Assembly (NCBI GenBank): GCA_051382335.1
Contig: JBBCAX010000218.1
Location: 1 to 14,063, forward strand
Direction of reading: 5' to 3'
Length of the DNA: 14,063 bases
Source: Deltaproteobacteria bacterium TL4
GTDB lineage: Bacteria > SAR324 > NAC60-12
The notes beneath the pieces were generated by a model, which saw only the letters and a program-made list of their open reading frames with translations, did no database searches and had not been told where the DNA came from. Positions within the stretch are counted from its first letter, which is position 1; each line of letters begins with the position of its first letter. Below, piece after piece: positions 1-8,514 of the stretch. A program made the position numbers and the translations under genes.

Positions 1-2
1 AA

Positions 3-215
3 CGGGATTTGGACCAAACGCTGGAGATTCTGAAAAACTTCCGGATGTTTTTTCCGGAGTTTTCCGACAAAACCATCCGGGGAATGTTAGTCTATGTGGA
101 GACCGAGTCTTCCGTGAGAGAGGACGTTCTGCGATCGGGGCTGTATCTGGCCGCCATCCATGATGAAGTCTTTTCTCTTGAAACTCCCGCCAACTTCGCG
201 CCCAAAACCTTCTGA
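3..215 (+). CDS. 3' end of a gene truncated by the window edge; C-terminus resembles DUF3782/PD-(D/E)XK nuclease-like hypothetical proteins
   Basis: Frame is open from the window start to TGA at 213-215. The tail 'FRMFFPEFSDKTIRGMLVYV...GLYLAAIHDEVFSLETPANFAPKTF' resembles, from memory, the C-termini of that family. Confidence 0.5.
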   Translation, partial: RDLDQTLEILKNFRMFFPEFSDKTIRGMLVYVETESSVREDVLRSGLYLAAIHDEVFSLETPANFAPKTF

Positions 216-244
216 TGGATCTGGAGACTTTCTACCGTGTTTTT

Positions 245-366
245 GTGGTGCGCTCGCTTCGCTTAAGCGGCACCCTACCTTTTACCCTACCTTAAGTGGT
301 GCGCTCGCTTCGCTTAAGCGGCACCCTACCTTAAGTGGCGCGCTCGCTTCGCTTAAGCGGCACCCT
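245..366 (-). repeat. Three tandem copies of a ~34-bp GTAG-family REP-like palindromic element
   Basis: GTGGYGCGCTCGCTTCGCTTAAGCGGCACCCT starts at 245, 296 and 335. The minus strand reads GTAG-GGTGC-CGCTTAAGCG-AAGCGAGC-GCACC, i.e. a GTAG tetranucleotide followed by an imperfect hairpin. The third copy has GCAG instead of GTAG. Confidence 0.8.
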
Positions 367-445
367 GCCAGGGTTCCTGCAAACCCGCTAAAATCCAGCG
401 TTTATTTAGGAAAGATGTCTAGTGTAAAATAAAATTGGAGTTTCT

Positions 446-985
446 ATGTTAATTGAAAAAAGTATCCCCTTATTGGAAGAAATACTGGGTCCTTGGGAAA
501 AAGAAATCGGGAAGGATTATCAGGGGTATAAGAACCATGTCTATCGTGTCGTCCATTTCTGTTTGGCGTTGCATCCCGGCAACCAAGAAGGACGGGAAAA
601 GGTCATCATTGCGGGATGTTTTCATGATCTTGGGATCTGGACGAGCCACACTTTAAACTATTTGGAACCATCCATCGAATTGGTAAAAAATTACCTGAAA
701 ACAGAAAATAAAAATTCATTGCTGGATGAAATTGAGCTCATGATTTATTATCATCACAAAATCACACCTTTCGAGGATGGGAACTACCCTTTGGTAGAAT
801 CCTTCCGCAAAGCGGATCTGGTAGATGTTTCTTTAGGCATGATGCGTTCCGGGTTATCAAAAGAACAGGTCCAGTTGGTGAAAAACAATTTCCCTAATTC
901 CGGCTTTCATCACACATTGCTTCGACTGATCTCCTCAGAGTTCAAAAGAAATCCCTTAAAACCGCTGCCAGTGATGAAATGGTAG
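446..985 (+). CDS. HD-domain (metal-dependent phosphohydrolase-like) protein, 179 aa
   Basis: GGAG RBS at 437-440. Motifs YKNHVYRV, GCFHDLGIW, YYHHK and FRKADLVD give the H...HD...HH...D pattern of the HD superfamily. Confidence 0.75.
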   Translation: MLIEKSIPLLEEILGPWEKEIGKDYQGYKNHVYRVVHFCLALHPGNQEGREKVIIAGCFHDLGIWTSHTLNYLEPSIELVKNYLKTENKNSLLDEIELMIYYHHKITPFEDGNYPLVESFRKADLVDVSLGMMRSGLSKEQVQLVKNNFPNSGFHHTLLRLISSEFKRNPLKPLPVMKW

Positions 986-999
986 CGCCTCATCGGGCT

Positions 1000-1767
1000 T
1001 CAGGTGAATTCGAGCAAGGCTTCATCGGCAAGTGACCGTAAGATATTAAAGATATTTTCCCAGTTTTCTTCGCCTTGATTCAAAGCCATGGCTCCATGAA
1101 GGACGCCATATCTTTTTTGAAAAGGGTCATGAACGTAACGTTCTTTAAACGATACGATAGATCTCAAAATATCGCCATACTCAAAGTTTGCAAGCAGACA
1201 GTAGAGCATTTTCGTATTGAAGTCAGCATCAGCACGCGCAAGCTTGGCAATTCCGTCCCGATTTAAATCATAGGGATATTCTTGTTCGTCTGTGATCCGT
1301 TTTAACAGTAAAACCATCTCAACATTGGTGGTGTAATTTCCTTGAAGCATTTCTTTTGCTCTCGATTTTAGCGGATCGGAGCCATTCTCTGTAATTCGTT
1401 GATAAAACTCCCACAATAATTTATTACACCCCATGATATCCAGTTGCGCATCCTCTAATTGACGTGTCCATTTCACTTTAAGCCAATGGCCAAAGAGTTG
1501 GTAGCTTCCATCAGGATTCCGCTTTAATTGGCTTAGGTCACGATGGTATCGTGCCGCATAACGTTGAGCCAGAAGTTCTGTTGTGTTGACAATCACTCGC
1601 AAGGGAACATCCAAATCAACTCTTCCTTCAAAAACTACCATCGCCCCGCCGTTATCCAGGGAGTGCGGCTCAAATTGCTCATAGGTTGCTCCGATGCCTC
1701 TCATCGTGCGGACAATCATTGTCACACCAGGTATCGCTTCTATAGATTCTCGTTCACGAATGGTCAT
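1000..1767 (-). CDS. Hypothetical protein, 255 aa
   Basis: Long ORF with an AAAGGGGA RBS-like sequence upstream of the ATG. It converges on the HD gene with a 14-bp gap. No family recognised. Confidence 0.7.
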   Translation of the reverse strand: MTIRERESIEAIPGVTMIVRTMRGIGATYEQFEPHSLDNGGAMVVFEGRVDLDVPLRVIVNTTELLAQRYAARYHRDLSQLKRNPDGSYQLFGHWLKVKWTRQLEDAQLDIMGCNKLLWEFYQRITENGSDPLKSRAKEMLQGNYTTNVEMVLLLKRITDEQEYPYDLNRDGIAKLARADADFNTKMLYCLLANFEYGDILRSIVSFKERYVHDPFQKRYGVLHGAMALNQGEENWENIFNILRSLADEALLEFT

Positions 1768-1925
1768 GATTTCCCCTTTTTTGTTATCGCGCTTGGTCCG
1801 AATTTTCCTTTATTTAAGAGATTCTAATTTGTTTATTTTCATGATCACCCTATAAGATGCAAGAGCTTTGATAAAAATAATTTTATTCCCGACTCAGGTA
1901 TCTCCTCTTTTAGCTCGCTTGTACC

Positions 1926-1952
1926 TTGCACCTTTAGTGTGAAATCTATAAT
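1926..1952 (+). promoter_or_regulatory. Candidate sigma70 promoter for the crotonase gene, and possibly the cbi operon
   Basis: TTGCAC (1926-1931) and a perfect TATAAT (1947-1952) lie in the divergent intergenic region. The spacer is only 15 bp, which is suboptimal. Confidence 0.35.
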
Positions 1953-2005
1953 TTGGTTATCAAACTGAAACTGGATTATTAAAGTGATTTAACTTGAGGG
2001 CGATT

Positions 2006-3331
2006 ATGATTGATCTTAGAAATTTTGAGCACCACCAGATAAAAGAACTACTGACTTTGTTTGACACTATTTTCGGGAACCATCCTTCTCAGGAAGAAGT
2101 AACAACGGTGCTCACCTTTCTGAACACCTCTGTTCGTAAAATCGTTTCCATTGTGGACGATGACAATCCAAACGAGTCTGTAGATCCACAACTAAATGAG
2201 CTGATTGCTGAACTCAAAAATCATAAGCTCACAACAAAAGCGGGAAACAATCAGATTTCTCAAATCATCAACAGTTTTGTTGATTTATTCAAGACCTATT
2301 ATAAGTTTGTGGATAAAAATAAACGCATGGTTTCAGAACTGTGCAATGTTTTTCGAATTATCACAGAAGTCTATCTTCGAACAGACCCACACGATGAGCC
2401 TCGAAAGAAGGAGATCCGTGTCGGGATTAATGACTTAGTGGAGAACTGGCTTGCAGGAAAAATTATACCTCCCTCTTCCAGTCAAGAGTTTGAGGATGGC
2501 GAAGACTTTCTCACCTCTTCAGAACATATTGAGGTTGGGCCTCATGAAGGACTGCCACAACTTGATACCGTTGAACTGGAACTGCAAGGACAAGTCGCTC
2601 TTGTTAAATTAAATCGTCCGGAAAAGCATAATGCCATGAACCGGCAAATGCTTGGGGATATTGACACAGCCTTTCGTGTTTTGGAGCACTCTGAAGAAAC
2701 CCGGGTGATTGTCCTTACCGGGAATGGAAAAACTTTTTGTTCCGGTGCGGATTTGGGAGAAATGAAAAGTACCAACCGCATGCATCAACAAGAGGAATGG
2801 TCTGTTTTATTTGTCAGTGTGTTACGACGCATTTTGGATTGTCCCAAGCCGGTTGTCGCGGTGATTCATGGCCCTGTAATGGGCGGCGGAATTGGACTCA
2901 TGTGTGCGGCGGATATTATTTTATCATCAGACCATGTTATGTATGCGTTTCCAGAAGTTCGTTTAGGAATTGCGCCTGCTATTATTTCGCCTTTGGTCTT
3001 GCCCCGGATTGGTGTCTCTCAATCCAAACGCCTGATGCTGACCGGAGAACGATTTAATGCGCGGCAGGCCAAGGAATGGGGATTGATCCACGAAATAGCC
3101 GCACCTGAAGCGCTTGCGGAACTACAACACGCCTTCGTTAGCCAATTGTTGCAAGGAGGTCCTAAAGCTCAAGCCGCTTGTAAAACGCTCATCCAACATG
3201 TTCAGAACCATGACCTGGATAGTAATTTGGAGTACGCAACCCATTTACTCAATCAATTACGCCAAGGGGAAGAGGCTCAAGAAGGAATGAAAGCCTTCTT
3301 AAAGAAACGTGCTCCCCATTGGATAAAGTAA
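2006..3331 (+). CDS. Enoyl-CoA hydratase/crotonase family protein (methylglutaconyl-CoA hydratase-like) fused to an unknown N-terminal domain
   Basis: The C-terminal ~255 aa carry LNRPEKHNAM, FCSGADL, GPVMGGGIGL, FPEVRLGIAP and EAQEGMKAFLKKRAPHW. ATG at 2006 follows GAGGG and is preferred over TTG 1994. Confidence 0.85.
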   Translation: MIDLRNFEHHQIKELLTLFDTIFGNHPSQEEVTTVLTFLNTSVRKIVSIVDDDNPNESVDPQLNELIAELKNHKLTTKAGNNQISQIINSFVDLFKTYYKFVDKNKRMVSELCNVFRIITEVYLRTDPHDEPRKKEIRVGINDLVENWLAGKIIPPSSSQEFEDGEDFLTSSEHIEVGPHEGLPQLDTVELELQGQVALVKLNRPEKHNAMNRQMLGDIDTAFRVLEHSEETRVIVLTGNGKTFCSGADLGEMKSTNRMHQQEEWSVLFVSVLRRILDCPKPVVAVIHGPVMGGGIGLMCAADIILSSDHVMYAFPEVRLGIAPAIISPLVLPRIGVSQSKRLMLTGERFNARQAKEWGLIHEIAAPEALAELQHAFVSQLLQGGPKAQAACKTLIQHVQNHDLDSNLEYATHLLNQLRQGEEAQEGMKAFLKKRAPHWIK

Positions 3332-3387
3332 AAAGCTTGAGTTTTAACTTCCATAAGACACAACCTTCATCTAAGCCATAAGGACCG

Positions 3388-4308
3388 ATGGAACACGGAA
3401 AACAACCCAATAAAAAAGCGATTGTTCTTGCGAATTTCGGCACAACCCATCCCTCTGCGGTGCAAGCCTTGACACACACCCAAAGTGTTGTTCAAAAAAC
3501 CTTTCCCGAGATTCCGGTTCAAATTTGTTTTACCTCCAACATGGTTCGGAATATCTGGAAAAAACGGCAAGAAAATAAAAAAGGGTGGCTGGATCAAGGC
3601 GTTAGCAAAGAAATTATGGGCGCGAAAAGTTTTTTGGGCGTCATTGGAGAACTACAGAATGCGGGGTTCCGAACCATCATTGTTCAGCCAACTTACATTG
3701 CCCATGGAGAACAGTTTGAAGATTTACGATCGTATGTTCATGGACTGCAATCCATTCAAACCATTAAAAAGCGATGGATGCCTTTTGAACAAATTGTTCT
3801 GAGTCGTCCCACTTTAGGCACTCATGGAATCGAATATAACTATCGGGATGATGTTGCGGAGGTGGTTAGCAGTTTGGTTGCGGACGTAGAACTGGCACGG
3901 AGGTACCAAGCGGATATTGTTTATGTCGGACATGGAAATGAATATTTTTCGGCGGGAATCTATTCGGAAACTCAAAAAGAATTTCGAAAACAATACCCCG
4001 ACATCAAAACTTTCATTGGCGTTGTTGAAGGTTATCCCTTGCTGGAGGATTTGATGGGACCGTTACAACAAGAAGCCAAGAAGAAATTAATTTTGAAACC
4101 TTTTATGGTTACCGCCGGAGAACACGCGCATAGTGATCTCGCTGGAGAAACGGGTTCCTGGAAAACTGATTTGTCGGACGCGGGGTTTGAGGTCATCTCT
4201 ATTTTGGAAGGTCTGGGCTCAAACCCGGAATTCGCCCAGCTTTATGCAAAGCGAATTCAGCAAACAGCCCATGAGCATGGCATCGATTTAACCTCCCAGA
4301 ATGAATAG
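3388..4308 (+). CDS. cbiK: Sirohydrochlorin cobaltochelatase (anaerobic, CbiK type)
   Basis: Motifs AIVLANFGTT, FTSNMVR, IIVQPT, YVGHGN, GVVEGYP, LKPFMVTAGEHAHSDLAG, SWK and GLGSNP. AAGGA RBS. First gene of the cbi cluster. Confidence 0.9.
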   Translation: MEHGKQPNKKAIVLANFGTTHPSAVQALTHTQSVVQKTFPEIPVQICFTSNMVRNIWKKRQENKKGWLDQGVSKEIMGAKSFLGVIGELQNAGFRTIIVQPTYIAHGEQFEDLRSYVHGLQSIQTIKKRWMPFEQIVLSRPTLGTHGIEYNYRDDVAEVVSSLVADVELARRYQADIVYVGHGNEYFSAGIYSETQKEFRKQYPDIKTFIGVVEGYPLLEDLMGPLQQEAKKKLILKPFMVTAGEHAHSDLAGETGSWKTDLSDAGFEVISILEGLGSNPEFAQLYAKRIQQTAHEHGIDLTSQNE

Positions 4309-4320
4309 TTGAGCATTGGA

Positions 4321-5667
4321 ATGAAAGCCATCATGATTGCGGCGCCTTCAAGTGGAAGTGGAAAAACCTCCATAACCATGGGACTCCTCAGAGCTCTTGC
4401 GCAACAGGGTTTGGACGTCTGCGCGTTCAAGGTTGGACCTGATTATATTGATCGCGGATTTCTTGAAATCGCGTCTCAAAAACCAGGTGGAAATTTGGAT
4501 TTACACCTGCAAGGGGAAGAGGGCGTTTGGTACGCGCTGAGTTTAGCTCAAAGTGAGTTTTGTCTCATTGAAGGGGTTATGGGGTATTTTGATGGAATTT
4601 ATAACACCTGGGAAAATTCAAGCTACCATCTCTCTCAGCTATTGGGGATTCAAACCGTATTGATTTACACGCCTCAAGGGGAGATGTTCAGCGCGATTCC
4701 CAAAATCAAAGGGATGGCTGATTTTGAGCGTTCCAATATCAAAGCGGTTATTTTTAACAAGGTTTCTCCACACACCTATGAACTTTTGAAAAACGCGATG
4801 GAGTCCCATACCGCCTTAAAAGTTTTGGGCTTCATTCCCCCAATGGAAAGCCTTCAACTGCCCAGTCGGCATTTAGGTTTGGTTCAAGCCCAGGAAATTG
4901 AAAGTGTGGATGAAAAGATTCAGCTCTTGGCTCAAGTCATTGAAAACCATCTAGATATCCCTGCTTTCCTCGAATTGATGCAAGAGGTTCCTCAACAAGA
5001 TTCAGGTTTAGTTTCGGCTTTGGTTAAAACAAAAATTACCATTGCGATTGCGAAAGATCAGGCCTTTTCATTTTATTACCAGGAAGATCTGCGTTTGTTG
5101 GAGCAAGTCGCTACGGTTCGATACTTTTCTCCCCTTCATGACTCCGTGTTGCCTTGCTGTGACTTACTCTACCTGGGAGGCGGGTACCCTGAAGTTTATG
5201 GGAAAGAACTCGCGCAAAATGACTCCATGCTCCGTTCCATTCGTGACTATGGAGAAAGAGGAGGGTTTATTTATGCGGAGTGTGGAGGCTTGATGTACTT
5301 GGGCGAATCGATTGATGACGCAAAGATGGTTGGTTTATTCAACGGAAAAAGTTCATTAACCCCACAACTTCAACGCTTTGGTTATATTGATATCGAACTC
5401 AAACAGGATTGCTTTTTAGGCAAAACAGGAGCTTCCTTGAGAGGCCATGAGTTTCATAAGTCGATAACCTCGATCCAGGATGAGCCTCTCTTTCATATTC
5501 AGAAAACCAAGGGCGATCAAAAATGGGAGTGTGGTTATACCTACAAAAATGTGATCGCAGGATATCCACATATCAGTTTAGCTGGCAATCCCAAAGTAGT
5601 TGAAACCATGCTGAACACGATTCAAAAGGCAAAGAACCAACTCATTGAGAAAAGTGATGTATCTTAA
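4321..5667 (+). CDS. cbiA: Cobyrinate a,c-diamide synthase (CbiA/CobB)
   Basis: P-loop SSGSGKT, FKVGPDYID, IEGVMGYFDG, SRHLGL, and glutaminase-domain motifs GGGYPE, YAECGGLMYL and GHEFH. Alternative start TTG 4309. Confidence 0.95.
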   Translation: MKAIMIAAPSSGSGKTSITMGLLRALAQQGLDVCAFKVGPDYIDRGFLEIASQKPGGNLDLHLQGEEGVWYALSLAQSEFCLIEGVMGYFDGIYNTWENSSYHLSQLLGIQTVLIYTPQGEMFSAIPKIKGMADFERSNIKAVIFNKVSPHTYELLKNAMESHTALKVLGFIPPMESLQLPSRHLGLVQAQEIESVDEKIQLLAQVIENHLDIPAFLELMQEVPQQDSGLVSALVKTKITIAIAKDQAFSFYYQEDLRLLEQVATVRYFSPLHDSVLPCCDLLYLGGGYPEVYGKELAQNDSMLRSIRDYGERGGFIYAECGGLMYLGESIDDAKMVGLFNGKSSLTPQLQRFGYIDIELKQDCFLGKTGASLRGHEFHKSITSIQDEPLFHIQKTKGDQKWECGYTYKNVIAGYPHISLAGNPKVVETMLNTIQKAKNQLIEKSDVS

Positions 5668-6283
5668 AGATCCAGTACAAATTGAAACCCGAAGTATGGA
5701 AATTATCGAAGCAGAGATGGATCCCCATCAATGGAATGCTGAAGAATTAGCTGTTGTCAAACGAACCATTCATACAACAGGCGATTTGGAATATCAGCAT
5801 TTGGTGGACATCAAAGCTGACGCCATTGCTTCAGGCATGAAGGCGATTGAATCAGGCTGCCGCATTGTGACTGATACCCAAATGGCGTTTTCAGGAATCA
5901 ATAAACGAATACTGGAACAATTCAACTGCCGGATTGATAATTTCATGACACATGATGAAGTTTTCCGGATCGCAAAAGAACAAGGCATCACCCGAGCTAT
6001 GGCCGCAATGGAGTTTGCGTCTCAGGAAGGCGTTGATATTTTTGTGATCGGCAATGCGCCAACAGCGTTATATAAAATTGGAGAACTCATCGAACAACAA
6101 AAAGTAACGCCTAAATTAGTGATAGGAACTCCTGTCGGTTTTGTCGGAGCCACGGAATCTAAAGACTATATTCGCCAATTTAAGATTCCTTCCATTACCA
6201 CCATTGGCAGAAAAGGCGGCAGTGCGGTTTCTGCCGCAATTATGAATGCGATCCTTTTGTTGACCAGGGATCGAAATCAATAA
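5657..6283 (+). CDS. cbiC: Cobalt-precorrin-8 methylmutase (CbiC/CobH)
   Basis: IETRSMEII, RTIHTTGD, ITRAMAAM, VIGNAPTAL, PVGFVGATESK and GRKGGSAVSAAIMNA. ATG 5657 overlaps the end of cbiA. Confidence 0.95.
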   Translation: MYLKDPVQIETRSMEIIEAEMDPHQWNAEELAVVKRTIHTTGDLEYQHLVDIKADAIASGMKAIESGCRIVTDTQMAFSGINKRILEQFNCRIDNFMTHDEVFRIAKEQGITRAMAAMEFASQEGVDIFVIGNAPTALYKIGELIEQQKVTPKLVIGTPVGFVGATESKDYIRQFKIPSITTIGRKGGSAVSAAIMNAILLLTRDRNQ

Positions 6284-6300
6284 AACAAGGAGGATTCGTG

Positions 6301-7383
6301 ATGGAAGCGACTTATGTGATTAAGCATGGAAAGCAACTCAGAAAAGGCTATACCACAGGAAGTTGTGCCGCGGGCGCGGCAAAAGCGGCGGCGATGATGC
6401 TGGTTTCGCAGAAAGTCGTGGATCTGGTCGAAATTGAAACACCTGCAGGCGTTAAATTACAATTATCGGTGTTGGACACTGAAATCACAAACGAAAGTGC
6501 GTCTTGCGCGGTTGTTAAAGACTCTGGCGATGATCCTGACGTTACGGATAAAGTTAAAATCTACGCAACCGTCAAAAAGCGTTCCGATGGTGAGATTATT
6601 ATTGAAGGGGGACAAGGAATTGGACGAATTACCAGAGCAGGATTTATTGGAACCCCGGGTGATGCCGCTATTAATCCTGTGCCTCGGAAGATGATTGGTG
6701 AAGAAGTCGGTCGTGTCGCCAAACATGGGTGGGACGTCTTGATTTACTGCCCTGAGGGCGAAGCCATCGCAAAGAAAACCTTCAACGCCAACCTTGGTAT
6801 TACAGGCGGAATTTCTATTTTGGGAACAACGGGTATTGTTGATCCCATGTCAGAAGAAGCCTGGAAACAAAGTGTGTTTCTTGAAATTGACGCCATCGAA
6901 TTCGCGAAATCTCCAGAAATCATCCTTTACTTAGGCAATTACGGACAACGCCTGATAGCGCAACTCGCGTTGACAGCGCCCTCGGTTAAAATTTCGAATT
7001 TCATAGGCGAGACCTTGTTGTATTGTCAAACCCAGTCTTTTGAAAAGGTGACCTTAATCGGACATATTGGGAAATTGTCAAAATTAGCGTTAGGCGCCTT
7101 CAATACTCATAGCAAAGTATGCGATACCCGGATTGAAGCCTTTGTCTATTATCTGGCTTTGGCAGGCGCACCCCTGAGTTTGCTGCATCAAGTGAATCAA
7201 TGTGCTACAGCGGAAGAAGCCCTGCGTTACCTGATTAAAGAAGACGCCTATGCCACCATTTTTCATGAGATGGAACTGGGGTGTGTGGAGCGGATCAGGC
7301 GTTATTTAAAAGATCCCGAGTTCAATATTCAGGTCATTTTGTTTTCTATTGATTATGGCTTATTAGGGAGCGCGAGATCATGA
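6301..7383 (+). CDS. cbiD: Cobalt-precorrin-5B C1-methyltransferase
   Basis: LRKGYTTGSCAAGAAKAA, KDSGDDPDVT, AINPVPRKMI, GGISILGTTGIVDPMS and GHIGKLSKLA. AGGAGG RBS at 6288-6293. Confidence 0.96.
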   Translation: MEATYVIKHGKQLRKGYTTGSCAAGAAKAAAMMLVSQKVVDLVEIETPAGVKLQLSVLDTEITNESASCAVVKDSGDDPDVTDKVKIYATVKKRSDGEIIIEGGQGIGRITRAGFIGTPGDAAINPVPRKMIGEEVGRVAKHGWDVLIYCPEGEAIAKKTFNANLGITGGISILGTTGIVDPMSEEAWKQSVFLEIDAIEFAKSPEIILYLGNYGQRLIAQLALTAPSVKISNFIGETLLYCQTQSFEKVTLIGHIGKLSKLALGAFNTHSKVCDTRIEAFVYYLALAGAPLSLLHQVNQCATAEEALRYLIKEDAYATIFHEMELGCVERIRRYLKDPEFNIQVILFSIDYGLLGSARS

Positions 7384-7976
7384 TTTCCGTAGTAGGAATG
7401 GGGCCTGGAAATATCCGGTATTTAACACAAGAAGCCATTGACGTTATCAGAACCGCGGACAGACGAATCGCTTTTGGACGGATCGCGAAAACCGCGGAAC
7501 AAATTGCCAAACCCGTCATCGAAATACAACGGGTTCAGGAAGTCTTGGACGCAATCGAAGCAGGTCAGCATAACGCTATCCTGGCCTCCGGGGATGCCTG
7601 TTTTTATGGAATTCTGGAATACTTGAAAAGCAAAGGGGTGGTCATTGACTCGGTTTCGCCAGGACTTTCTGCATTTCAATACATGATGGCCAAGCTCAAA
7701 CGGAGTTGGAGTCATGCGGCTTTGGTGAGTTTACACGGAAGCGATGATCAATTCCCAATTATTGAAAACCACCCGTTATCCATTGTCTTGACCGATCATC
7801 AAAATACGCCCAATCGCATTTCTCAAAAACTACGAGAGTCGGGAGTCTCCGGAAAAATGCTCATCGGCTATAATTTATCTTATGACAATGAATGGATTGG
7901 AGAAAGTCTCATCGGAGAAGAAATAGAAGAAAAACCAGGAATCTCTTTAGTGGTGGTGGAACATGAAATGGATTAG
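7380..7976 (+). CDS. cbiE: Cobalt-precorrin-7 C5-methyltransferase
   Basis: VVGMGPG, LASGDACFYG, PGLSAFQY and SLHG. ATGA overlap with cbiD. Lies directly before cbiT. Confidence 0.9.
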   Translation: MISVVGMGPGNIRYLTQEAIDVIRTADRRIAFGRIAKTAEQIAKPVIEIQRVQEVLDAIEAGQHNAILASGDACFYGILEYLKSKGVVIDSVSPGLSAFQYMMAKLKRSWSHAALVSLHGSDDQFPIIENHPLSIVLTDHQNTPNRISQKLRESGVSGKMLIGYNLSYDNEWIGESLIGEEIEEKPGISLVVVEHEMD

Positions 7977-8514
7977 AGATGAAGCGTATATTCGTGGAAC
8001 AACGCCAATGACCAAGTTTGAAATCAGGTCGATTTCCTTAGCGATGCTGGAAGTGGAACCCCATGAGGTGTTACTCGATATTGGGGCCGGAACCGGTTCT
8101 GTCAGCATTCAGGCCGCTTTGCTTGGGGCACAAGTCTATGCGATTGAAATGTCTGATGAGGGTTGTTCCTTAACGCGGCAAAACGCGTCCCTGTTTGAGG
8201 TTGAGATGCATCTGATTCAAGGCATAGCTCCAGAGGCGATGAAGCAGGTTCCTGATTTCAATAAGTGTTTTATTGGCGGCAGCCACGGACAGTTGCAGGC
8301 GATCATGGAAACCGTCGATCAGCGTTTGGCTTCAGGAGGACAGGTTGTGGCCAACTTTATCCGACTCGAAAATCTGTTACTGTTTAAAAAATTTCTCGAA
8401 CAGCAAGACTATCAGAACATCGAAACCCGAATGATTCAAGTGTCCTTAATGGACTCAATGGGAATGATGCGAGCACAAAACCCTGTTGTCATTATAGGAG
8501 CCAAAAAAGCATGA
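7963..8514 (+). CDS. cbiT: Cobalt-precorrin-6B C15-methyltransferase (decarboxylating)
   Basis: PMTKFEIR, class I SAM motif LLDIGAGTGSVSI, FIGGS and AQNPV. Confidence 0.92.
   Translation: MKWIRDEAYIRGTTPMTKFEIRSISLAMLEVEPHEVLLDIGAGTGSVSIQAALLGAQVYAIEMSDEGCSLTRQNASLFEVEMHLIQGIAPEAMKQVPDFNKCFIGGSHGQLQAIMETVDQRLASGGQVVANFIRLENLLLFKKFLEQQDYQNIETRMIQVSLMDSMGMMRAQNPVVIIGAKKA

Noticed and set aside
245..366. CRISPR array
   Set aside because: The sequences between repeats are only about 4-16 bp and are not unique spacers. No cas genes are present. The GTAG-hairpin structure fits a REP better.
160..432. 90-aa ORF with a repeated GALASLKRHP peptide
   Set aside because: It is a translation of the DNA repeat (periods of 39 and 51 bp are multiples of 3) and it overlaps the upstream gene.
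3388..5667. Chelatase plus a,c-diamide synthase as coenzyme F430 (cfb) genes
   Set aside because: The full set of corrin methyltransferases plus cbiC, cbiD and cbiG follows, and no cfbC/cfbD/cfbE-like genes are present.
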